Virus genome (UHGV): UHGV-1353844
Length of the DNA: 64,000 bases
Origin: a virus
Direction: 5' to 3' (one strand)
Shown here piece by piece: positions 56,323-64,000 of this stretch (within the stretch, counting starts at the first letter, position 1; each line of letters opens with the position of its first letter). Position numbers and translations under genes: made by a program. The notes below the pieces were generated by a model, which was given only the letters and a program-made list of their open reading frames with translations, was not told the DNA's origin and searched no databases.

Positions 56323-59300
56323 ATGCCGAGAGAAGACGCGGCGCAGTTTAACGGTACGCTAAGCACAGCGACGTACCCTAACCGATTTAACGTGGTCATT
56401 CCGCCTGAAGGACCTTTTTATCGTATCGGATTAAAACTCACAGTAGCCGACGATACCGCGCCTAACGGACGTCGTACTCTGATTGAGGGGTTGGACTACT
56501 ATTTAGGCTATTACTTTAAAGAACTCGCAGAAGCTGAACAAGATCAGATTTACGGCGGGTTTATGTTGCTTACTGCAACAGAAATCGAATATGAGATTTT
56601 AGGGGTAGCACGTCAATACCGTGTACCGCAATCTGAAATCGGGAAGTTCTTAGTTCGTACTGACCTGAAAGACCCACGTAACGTGGACTGGTCTGAACTA
56701 ATGGCGTATGCGCCGGTTATTCAGCCTATCGACCCGCCTGCTAACTTAGAAGAAGCGATTCTGAGGGATGAGGTTGTTAAGGCGTTAGAAGACATTCGCA
56801 AGAAAATCATCAAACGTTCTACGGAATTAGATGCTGCGTTCAGTGAAGTCACTAACTTGATTTACGAGAACGGTAAAAAGGTTTTCGACGAAGAGTTATA
56901 CCAGCATCACCGTAACCCTAACGCGCATCATTATACCACTGATGACATTGCTGCTCTCCCGGTATTAGGTCGTGCTGTTGACGCTACAAAAGCGTTTGGG
57001 TTGACGATTGACGAGTTGGCTACGCTGATGGGTTCAGCGGGTATTGAGCAATCGGACGTTGACCAGTTAATGGGTGAAGCCCTCGGCACCGTTTACGGTC
57101 GATGGGGTACCACGAACGGTAATGAATTAACGTTTAAAACGTCAGGTGGCCACATCATCAGTATTCGTGGTGATAAGTGGTTAATTACCTCGCCACAACC
57201 GTTGGTGATTAAAGCAGACCAGGACAACAACGAATCGGGTTTAGCGGTTGAATTCAGTGCGGGTCTGAATACGCTTTGGGTTCACTCGGGGTCGGAACAG
57301 GACGTATTAGCGCCAGTTTATAACTCCGTGTACCTGGTTACACCAGAAATGGTGAACATGTATCTGACGTCAGTAACGTTGCTTGAAGCAAACGCGTATT
57401 TCAAAGCGTCAGACACTGTAAAACCGTACGGTACCGCAAAACAGACTAACCCGGTTACGTTAAACGCGAATATTCCCACGGCGTCCGAATCAGTTTATGG
57501 GTTGTTCTCGATTACGAATATCTCTACGTCTGCGGCGTTAGGTACTGCTATCTCCCAGAAAGCTGTAACAGAATTAAAAGACCGCTTGGACTTGTACGTT
57601 GACGATGACTATACCGTTAACGGTAAAGGGTTTGTTAAAACAGGCGACAATATGGTGTTAACCTTAACGAAAACCGATTTCGGTATCGATAAGATGGATA
57701 ACACCATACCGAGTGATAAGCCTGTGACAAAAGCGTTAACGAACGTGTTGAAAAACAAGAGTTTGAAAACGCACACCCACACCACTGCTGACTTGGATAA
57801 CGTCCCGATTGGTAGTGCAACGGTTGACGGTATCTTACAGCTCTGGGATGCAATTGACACCACTAACGATAAAGCTGTCACGTCGCGTCAAGGCTGGTTG
57901 TTCGCAAAAGAGATTAAGAAGGTCTCTGATAAACTGAATACCATCTTACCGGCGTGGACGGTAGGTGGAGCGAAATTCGGTAACAAGAACTTCTTACCTA
58001 TCCCAGCGTTAGGTAACTACGCAGGCTATACCAAAAACCAGTCCTACCAGAAAGGGGTTGTTGGGTATCAGCAGGGTAAGGTTTATTCGCTCCGTAACGG
58101 TTCTAACGGCGTGCCGGGTACGGAAGCTATTTATTACGGCTATGCTGACATTGACACGTCAAACGCGTTTGTAAATCCGCAGCAGACCTCAGTGAAATAT
58201 CACCCTGCCGGGATGAGTAAATATCCTGGGGTGACCCTAATAGCGATATTGATCGGTGGCCAGGAAGCGATTATTTGCCTGGGTTCTGACAATAACCGTT
58301 ATTTGGTGCTGTTTAATGGCTCGATGGACCACACTAAGCACACGGTGGTATGTCGCGTTACGATGCCCGTGTACCGTAACGGCAACCCCAGTGGTACTGT
58401 GGAACAAACCTGGAACCCGTGGCCGGAAGCTGACGATGTCGTGTTGGTTGAGGACTACGTTTATCTTCTCCGTTCAACGGTAAATAACTCCGCTTACGCC
58501 GTAGCAGCTTGGCGTCTACGTAAGGCCGATTTGTCTACTAACACTACGTTAGAATTTGAACGTGTAACTCTAACCGGCGAGATGGGACAATTCGGAGATA
58601 ACCTCTGCTTGCGTATTGGTCAGAAAACCGAAGAGTCGCAAACGGGTCAATTCTTTACATATCTCACACCGGAGGGTCGTGCTAAATGGACGATCGGGCG
58701 TAACTTTGTTCACGGTCCAGAATGTAACCACGCGTGTGCTGTGCGCGATAGCGTGATTCGTGTGAACCATATGCCTACCGTGTGGTTTGCAGCGGCCGAC
58801 GGTACGACGATTAATTTCCTTCAATGGGCAACAAGTTTTACAATCGATACGTTGACGGGCAAGGTTACGTTAGAAGGCCGCGAACGCTTCCCCATCAAGG
58901 CTGATGCTACTACTACACTCTCGTTCGCAGATGGTTCAACTGTAGGAACCAATCGTAAGTGGGGTGGTGGCCAGGCAAACAACCGTTGTTTCGCGACGTA
59001 TGCTAAACCCAACGGTACAGGAATGATGCTTTCCTGTTGGCAAATTGCCGATGCGGACCAAATGCCTAATGTTTCTATTAAGAGTACACAAGGCAGAGAG
59101 CTTTTCGATTATCTGCGTTACGATAACCCAAACAACACCTCGGGCGAAGGAACGTTTACCTGGGATAAAGGCCGTGGCTCCATTTACACCATCGGTTTGT
59201 CTTATCCAGTAGGGATTGGTGGTTCGAATAAGGTCTGGTTATCGAACCCTCGTAACCGTTACACGATCGAAGTGGAAGTTGATCCGAACAAACCTTACGA

Positions 59301-61509
59301 TGTTTCTGGGTATAGTGGGTACGGTCCGAACAACAACCGTCGTGAAGTCGATCCAACGCTTTACGAGCAGCTTAGCTGTATGGCTGCGTGCATGATCCCT
59401 GAGGAGCGTCATGGACAGTTGAACGGCTGGTATTTGACCAAAGCAGAAACGTTCCCGTATCGTAACATCTACGGTAACTTCGCATTGTCTTCCGAACGCT
59501 TAACGCTAGAAGAAGCCGATCGGCAGAAAATGATTCGGATGATCGTTGACGGTGCGCCATCTGGTCAAGCAAATGGTTACGCGAACGAACGTATTAGTGC
59601 TGCACATCAAACCGGTAATGCATTGTTTGCTCTTTGGATGTTGGGTATCAACACCGTGTGCGAATTTGACTTGTTGCAAGTTTCGTGCATGAAAACCTCA
59701 AGTAACGGACGTCGAATTCTTGACATCTATTACTTCATGGTGAGCCCATCTAAAGAGAACGGCTACTTACGTTTCAACTCAGCCACCTTTAAGTTGGTGG
59801 ACTGGTTCTTAGACCTCGATTATGGTTTAAGTTATCAGTCACTAAATGGGGGAGCGGGAGGTAAAACGAGGCGCGTGGGGCAGCCTATTTTTGCATCTGC
59901 GGATGGAACTAACTTCGGTATCTGGTTACCTTATACGTTAACTACCCGAAATATCGGGGACTTAAACGCCCTGGGCTACGCTGCTAAATATACCTTCGAC
60001 CCTGGTTCAGGTTGGACACGCGTTGCAGGTAAATCACAGTTACGGCAGATGGCCCCTGAACATAGACCAGAATCTGGGTGCTATATGGGTGCCGGTGATT
60101 GGGACAAGATGGCGTTGATTTACTCTAAAGCTGACCGTGTTTTCTGTTCAGGTAACGCGTATACAGCCGCAGAGTTCGTTAACGACACGACGTTCTCAAC
60201 CGGAGGTCAGGCGGTTATTATTGCCGGTGTGGAAACAGCGGAAGGTTGGATTCTGTATTTGACAGAAGAAGTCAAATTAGATTTCGGTAGCAGCAGTTAC
60301 ACACTCCCAACGTGGTCTGTGGATTTAAGCAGTGAGTTCCCATCCAATCACGCTAACCAGACGTTCTACGTGCACGCTGAGGTGTCGGGTTCTACCGCGC
60401 AATACCGCATCGGTTTGGAGCAGTTAGCCGATACCTCAACAAGACTGTTCGTTGGGACAGTAACCACCGATTCCAGCCGTATTACTGGTATCAGTATCGA
60501 CAAAGTAAAACGTTTGGGTCGTGTGAAAGAACTGGAAGACCACGCAGCAATTATCGACCAACACGATGTAGCAGCAGCGTTTGACAGAAAGACGGGTCCT
60601 CTATTAACACTGGTTAACAAGCCCGTTAAAGCACCTACGGCGTCTGCGTCGAAAGGTGAAGGGTATGTTGACGGTCAGAAATGGGGTTCACTGTCCGGCA
60701 TTACGACGCGTCCTAAGTTACCAATTCAGGAAACGTATTCGGGTTATAAGAGCGTGGCCAGGGTAGCGTATGAGAACTGCGCTGACCAATTCTGGCAGAA
60801 AGCGGTAGCTGCTAACATTGCGACAGCCACTGCTTCTGAGAACATGCAGGCAGCGTCTGCGAACATGAAATGGATTGGTGCGTATACGAAACCGACTACC
60901 GGAACGAATGCTTACTTAGCATTGAGTTTGCGTGTTCAGGTGCCAGGTAATCCAGGAACGGCGAATCGTGCTCTGAAACTACGACTTGCTGCACCAACCG
61001 GTATTGTTGAAGCTCGGTATGCATTAAACCAGGCCGGTGGTACGATGACTGAACAAACGGTAACGTTAACCGCCAACCAGTACCTGGAAAAAGAGCACAG
61101 TGGGTTTAAACCTGCCGAGGAGGTTCGTGTTCATGTCACGTTCGTTATTCCGAAGAACGAGTATGAAAGTTATCGTACGAAGTTTGGGGCGGTACAGTTG
61201 ATTGACGTTGAATCGAACACCATCGTCAAGCAGGCTGATATCGACACACCGTTCTTTGTCTTTACGGACACTGAACTGGCTGCGCAATCTGGTTTGGTGT
61301 ATAAAGCGGTCAAGGGTCAGTTTGACAATCTCCCGAGTGAACCTACGCTCATTGTCCGAGATGGTCAGACCGGAACTAACCCACCGGTGAAATCGTCTTA
61401 CGCTAACGGTACGCTAACCGTTTACGTAGCGACCGCGTACGATGCCGTGAATCCGGCGGAAACTCGCGATATCGACAAACTCCAGTTCAATCTTATGTTT
61501 ACATCTTAA
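56323..61509 (+). CDS. Tail fibre protein (1728 aa) with T7 gp17-like N-terminal domain
   Basis: NRFNVVIPPEGPFYRIGLKLTV...EGLDYYL; AGGAG RBS. Confidence 0.6.
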   Translation: MPREDAAQFNGTLSTATYPNRFNVVIPPEGPFYRIGLKLTVADDTAPNGRRTLIEGLDYYLGYYFKELAEAEQDQIYGGFMLLTATEIEYEILGVARQYRVPQSEIGKFLVRTDLKDPRNVDWSELMAYAPVIQPIDPPANLEEAILRDEVVKALEDIRKKIIKRSTELDAAFSEVTNLIYENGKKVFDEELYQHHRNPNAHHYTTDDIAALPVLGRAVDATKAFGLTIDELATLMGSAGIEQSDVDQLMGEALGTVYGRWGTTNGNELTFKTSGGHIISIRGDKWLITSPQPLVIKADQDNNESGLAVEFSAGLNTLWVHSGSEQDVLAPVYNSVYLVTPEMVNMYLTSVTLLEANAYFKASDTVKPYGTAKQTNPVTLNANIPTASESVYGLFSITNISTSAALGTAISQKAVTELKDRLDLYVDDDYTVNGKGFVKTGDNMVLTLTKTDFGIDKMDNTIPSDKPVTKALTNVLKNKSLKTHTHTTADLDNVPIGSATVDGILQLWDAIDTTNDKAVTSRQGWLFAKEIKKVSDKLNTILPAWTVGGAKFGNKNFLPIPALGNYAGYTKNQSYQKGVVGYQQGKVYSLRNGSNGVPGTEAIYYGYADIDTSNAFVNPQQTSVKYHPAGMSKYPGVTLIAILIGGQEAIICLGSDNNRYLVLFNGSMDHTKHTVVCRVTMPVYRNGNPSGTVEQTWNPWPEADDVVLVEDYVYLLRSTVNNSAYAVAAWRLRKADLSTNTTLEFERVTLTGEMGQFGDNLCLRIGQKTEESQTGQFFTYLTPEGRAKWTIGRNFVHGPECNHACAVRDSVIRVNHMPTVWFAAADGTTINFLQWATSFTIDTLTGKVTLEGRERFPIKADATTTLSFADGSTVGTNRKWGGGQANNRCFATYAKPNGTGMMLSCWQIADADQMPNVSIKSTQGRELFDYLRYDNPNNTSGEGTFTWDKGRGSIYTIGLSYPVGIGGSNKVWLSNPRNRYTIEVEVDPNKPYDVSGYSGYGPNNNRREVDPTLYEQLSCMAACMIPEERHGQLNGWYLTKAETFPYRNIYGNFALSSERLTLEEADRQKMIRMIVDGAPSGQANGYANERISAAHQTGNALFALWMLGINTVCEFDLLQVSCMKTSSNGRRILDIYYFMVSPSKENGYLRFNSATFKLVDWFLDLDYGLSYQSLNGGAGGKTRRVGQPIFASADGTNFGIWLPYTLTTRNIGDLNALGYAAKYTFDPGSGWTRVAGKSQLRQMAPEHRPESGCYMGAGDWDKMALIYSKADRVFCSGNAYTAAEFVNDTTFSTGGQAVIIAGVETAEGWILYLTEEVKLDFGSSSYTLPTWSVDLSSEFPSNHANQTFYVHAEVSGSTAQYRIGLEQLADTSTRLFVGTVTTDSSRITGISIDKVKRLGRVKELEDHAAIIDQHDVAAAFDRKTGPLLTLVNKPVKAPTASASKGEGYVDGQKWGSLSGITTRPKLPIQETYSGYKSVARVAYENCADQFWQKAVAANIATATASENMQAASANMKWIGAYTKPTTGTNAYLALSLRVQVPGNPGTANRALKLRLAAPTGIVEARYALNQAGGTMTEQTVTLTANQYLEKEHSGFKPAEEVRVHVTFVIPKNEYESYRTKFGAVQLIDVESNTIVKQADIDTPFFVFTDTELAAQSGLVYKAVKGQFDNLPSEPTLIVRDGQTGTNPPVKSSYANGTLTVYVATAYDAVNPAETRDIDKLQFNLMFTS

Positions 61510-61549
61510 TGACTCGAGACAAGGACGTCTCGAATAAAGGAGAGTGGCC

Positions 61550-62749
61550 ATGGCCTCCATTGTTTATCAATATCCTTTAGATTTAACGGGCTCGCTAACG
61601 TCTAACGCTGTAGAGCGTCAGATTACGTTAGGTACAGGTAAAGTAAACCGTGCTTTTGCTTTTCCTGACGGCCCGTTCTTTGCGGACACGTTCCGTTTAC
61701 GTGTTGCTAACCGACCGGATGCAACCTACGAACGTGGTACCGATTATGAGTTGATTTTTGCACACCCGACTTATGAAAAGCTGACTAAAAACCGCGAGAT
61801 TGTTATGGCGGTGGTGGTCACTAACACAGCGATTCCAACAGATATTACGGTATCTGCGCAGGTCGTTGGTGGTCCACAGTCTGCGAACATTGTGGCTATC
61901 GAACAGGCGATTGCTGAATTAAACCTCGATAACCGTACGATTGCGTTTAAAGACCTGCGTAACGTACCGGATACATTCCCATCTGCACCGACGTATAAAG
62001 ACGTGGGTGACATCTACGGTTTTGAATATATCATTACCGTATTGGCGGGTATTAAAGATGCGATCAGTTCCGGTGACGCGGTACAGTTAGAGAACATTAA
62101 AGCGATTTTAGAAAGCCTGAAAAATGACTTCTTAGACGCTTTAAATGCACACATCAACGCAACCGGTAACGTTCACCATCTTGATATTCATCAGGTTAAC
62201 GGGTTAACAGAAACTGAAATCCGTGCGCTTATTCGTGACGTCCAGTCTGCCATCGACGCAACGATTACGGAAATCAATGCACTGAAGAAAGCGGACGAAG
62301 CTTTAGGTAAGCGTATTGACGCTGTTGTCAACTCTCTGGAAGCGTGGAACGACCAACTTAACGTGGTTGCTCAAAACTACCAGAAAATGGCCTTAGCGTT
62401 AGCGAACCTGAACTCGTTAGTGTTACAACTGCAAAAGAGCATCAACGATTTAAACACAAAACTGAATCAGGTTATTCAGCGTGTTGCCGCGTTAGAGCAA
62501 CAGGGTCAAGAAACCGATCAGAAAATCGATCAGGTACAACAGAACCTGGATGCGCTTAAACAGCAAGTTAACAATAACACGAACGCAATCAGTCAAGCGA
62601 ACCAGAACCTACAAAACCACATCGCGGCAGATAACCCGCACACCGGTTATCTCCACAAGAGATACGGTGGTGTGGTTCAGGCCCCAGTACACGTTAACGC
62701 TAACCTGACGTCTCGTGATGACGTACAGGCGGAAGCGGGTACGAAATAA
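61550..62749 (+). CDS. Short tail fibre-like protein (399 aa from ATG at 61550; track start GTG 61544) with T7 gp17-like N-terminal domain and Gln/Asn-rich coiled coil
   Basis: NRAFAFPDGPFFADTFRLRV...RGTDYELI; heptad-like LNQVIQRVAALEQQGQETDQKIDQVQQNLDALKQQV. Confidence 0.55.
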   Translation: MASIVYQYPLDLTGSLTSNAVERQITLGTGKVNRAFAFPDGPFFADTFRLRVANRPDATYERGTDYELIFAHPTYEKLTKNREIVMAVVVTNTAIPTDITVSAQVVGGPQSANIVAIEQAIAELNLDNRTIAFKDLRNVPDTFPSAPTYKDVGDIYGFEYIITVLAGIKDAISSGDAVQLENIKAILESLKNDFLDALNAHINATGNVHHLDIHQVNGLTETEIRALIRDVQSAIDATITEINALKKADEALGKRIDAVVNSLEAWNDQLNVVAQNYQKMALALANLNSLVLQLQKSINDLNTKLNQVIQRVAALEQQGQETDQKIDQVQQNLDALKQQVNNNTNAISQANQNLQNHIAADNPHTGYLHKRYGGVVQAPVHVNANLTSRDDVQAEAGTK

Positions 62750-62758
62750 TTTAATTAC

Positions 62759-62790
62759 AGGAGGAACTATGCTTATGGCTGGTTCCTCCT
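62759..62790 (+). terminator. Terminator hairpin (AGGAGGAAC-loop-GTTCCTCCT) followed by T-rich tract
   Basis: Immediately after stop of the 399-aa fibre gene; coordinates approximate. Confidence 0.55.
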
Positions 62791-62814
62791 CTATTTTAAT
62801 TTTAAGGAAGCGTA

Positions 62815-63207
62815 ATGGCGATTAGTGTTAAACAAATGCGCGATCGGTTAACCACAGTAGAAAATACAGTCGCTACCGGCCCTCGTGTCAATGCGCAGGT
62901 CGCATCGAAAGCGCATAACGCGGCAGATTCGTTTTCCGGTTGGACGCCTTCGCGTTTAGACTGCGGAGGAGCGTGTTCGTGGACATGTTCTAACGGATGT
63001 ACTCACGGTTGCTCGAGCTGTTCAGGAAACTGTTCAGCGTCGTGCGTGGGTAGCTGCTCTTCGTCCTGTGGGGGCAACTGTTCGGGATGCTCTGGCTGCT
63101 CGGGGGCTTGTTCTAGCAGTTGTACAAGTACCTGTACTGGAAGTTGTACTGGGCGTTGTTCGCATAACTGTTCGGGTGCTTGCTCCGGCGGTTGCTCTGG
63201 TCGATAG
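62815..63207 (+). CDS. Cys/Ser/Gly/Thr-rich repeat protein 1 (130 aa): about 49-aa conserved N-terminal region then about 80 aa with about 21 Cys mostly spaced C-x3-C
   Basis: MAISVKQMRDRLTTVENTV...LDCGGACSWTCSNGCTHGCSSCSGNC...CSGGCSGR; AAGGAAG RBS. Confidence 0.6.
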   Translation: MAISVKQMRDRLTTVENTVATGPRVNAQVASKAHNAADSFSGWTPSRLDCGGACSWTCSNGCTHGCSSCSGNCSASCVGSCSSSCGGNCSGCSGCSGACSSSCTSTCTGSCTGRCSHNCSGACSGGCSGR

Positions 63208-63609
63208 GGGGAAGAAATGGCGGTTGGATTAGCTGAATTAGTAAGACGTCTTAATAACGTCGATAGTATCGCGCTGAAAAACACCACAGGTGTACAGAAC
63301 TACATCCGCAATAAGGCCACGAATAACGCGGACCTGTTCGGTGGTCGGAATCGTGCGCATTATGACTGTGCGGGCACGTGTTCCTTTACCTGCTCGAGTT
63401 GCTCTGGTGGCTGTACAGGGAACGCGTCTGGTGGTTGCGGTTCTTCATGCTCTGCAAACTGTACGTCAGGGTGTTCAAGTAGCTGTTCAGGGTGTTCGGG
63501 GAGTTGTTCGGGTGGGTGCGCTAATGCGTGCTCGGGCACTTGTACGGGCGGCTGTACAGCATCGTGCTCCAGTAGCTGTACCGGTGGCTGCTCGTCGTGC
63601 ACAGGACGA
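62962..63609 (+). repeat. Degenerate 12-bp-period coding repeat (TGY-TCN-GGN-NNN type) underlying the Cys-rich proteins
   Basis: Seen directly in the nucleotide sequence; it also generates long antisense ORFs rich in PEQ. Confidence 0.5.
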
Positions 63610-63612
63610 TAG
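63217..63612 (+). CDS. Cys/Ser/Gly/Thr-rich repeat protein 2 (131 aa), paralogue of protein 1
   Basis: MAVGLAELVRRLNNVDSI...YDCAGTCSFTCSSCSGGC...CSSCTGR; GGGGAAGAA RBS 9 nt after stop of protein 1. Confidence 0.6.
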   Translation: MAVGLAELVRRLNNVDSIALKNTTGVQNYIRNKATNNADLFGGRNRAHYDCAGTCSFTCSSCSGGCTGNASGGCGSSCSANCTSGCSSSCSGCSGSCSGGCANACSGTCTGGCTASCSSSCTGGCSSCTGR

Positions 63613-63622
63613 GAGGTGAGAA

Positions 63623-63832
63623 GTGATTTCCCTCAAAAATATTCGAGACAGAATCGGTCAGGTTGAAGGCTACATTAAAACCACAGATGCGAATAACTAT
63701 ATTGCTAATCAGGGTACGGTGTCCTCAACGAATAACTTGGCAGGATTACCGTTAACTCACTATAACTGTAATGGGAGTTGTAGCTGGGCGTGCAGTGGTA
63801 GCTGTAGTAAAGGTGCAGGGGGAGGCAGGTAA
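63623..63832 (+). CDS. Cys-rich repeat protein 3 (69 aa), short paralogue with only 4 Cys; GTG start
   Basis: MISLKNIRDRIGQVEGYIKT...YNCNGSCSWACSGSCSKGAGGGR; AGGAGG RBS 6 nt before GTG. Confidence 0.55.
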   Translation: MISLKNIRDRIGQVEGYIKTTDANNYIANQGTVSSTNNLAGLPLTHYNCNGSCSWACSGSCSKGAGGGR

Positions 63833-63953
63833 GTCTTCTGGTGGTGGTTCCATACCAAGCCCTTCGAAACCATCCTTGATAACAAAGCTGCTGTTTATGT
63901 TGGGTCTGAGCTAGACGCTAAAGATACTACCCGTGAAATAATTGGAGTAATCA

Positions 63954-64000
63954 ATGAAGAACGATCTACATCTTGCATATACGACAACGTTCAATCATCC
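63954..64000 (+). CDS. 5' end of a further + strand gene (MKNDLHLAYTTTFNH...), truncated by window end
   Basis: GGAG RBS 6 nt upstream of ATG; approximate start. Confidence 0.3.
   Translation, partial: MKNDLHLAYTTTFNH

Noticed and set aside
63003-63602. Long antisense ORFs (63003-63287 and 63360-63602, minus strand) and an alternative-frame + ORF (63290-63619) with PEQ or Arg/Val-rich translations
   Set aside because: They are mirror or frame-shifted readings of the GC-rich 12-bp periodic repeat that encodes the Cys-rich proteins; the sense Cys-rich frames have RBSs and conserved N-termini, the others do not.
62962-63829. Possible CRISPR-like or other non-coding tandem array
   Set aside because: The periodic repeat is in-frame coding sequence of three RBS-preceded genes, with no spacer-repeat architecture.
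1-64000. Prophage boundary or mobile element (integrase, transposase, att sites)
   Set aside because: No recombinase-like ORF or flanking direct repeats seen; gene content is consistent with an internal region of a lytic phage genome.

Overview
The window reads as an internal segment of a large virulent dsDNA phage genome with enterobacterial-like sequence features (a thymidylate synthase very close to E. coli ThyA, strong AGGAG-type ribosome-binding sites). It contains no tRNA, rRNA, CRISPR array, integrase or transposase that I can support. Coding density is very high and genes sit in strand blocks separated by GC-rich hairpin terminators. Layout: (i) 44-5558 (+), three large genes including a protein with a lytic-transglycosylase domain; (ii) 5614-26096 (-), nucleotide metabolism and replication/recombination genes (MazG-like, thymidylate synthase family, RecA/UvsX-like ATPase, RNase HI fusion, DEDDh exonuclease) plus many unknowns; (iii) 26184-44572 (mostly -), an accessory region of small terminator-delimited units (secreted lytic transglycosylase, DarG-type macrodomain, GNAT, SbcC/Rad50-like ATPase with three small membrane peptides, an operon of five secreted proteins, paralogous families); (iv) 44959-63832 (+), a BhsA-like small protein, four tail-fibre genes sharing a T7 gp17-like N-terminal domain, then three tandem Cys-rich repeat proteins. 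The most interesting candidates are the Cys-rich triplet, the stand-alone DarG-like macrodomain (possible counter-defence against DNA ADP-ribosylation) and the insertion-bearing thymidylate synthase homologue. All functional calls rest on motif recognition by eye and on recalled reference sequences; no database search was run. CDS coordinates follow the supplied ORF track unless an internal start is argued; hairpin coordinates are approximate to a few bases.
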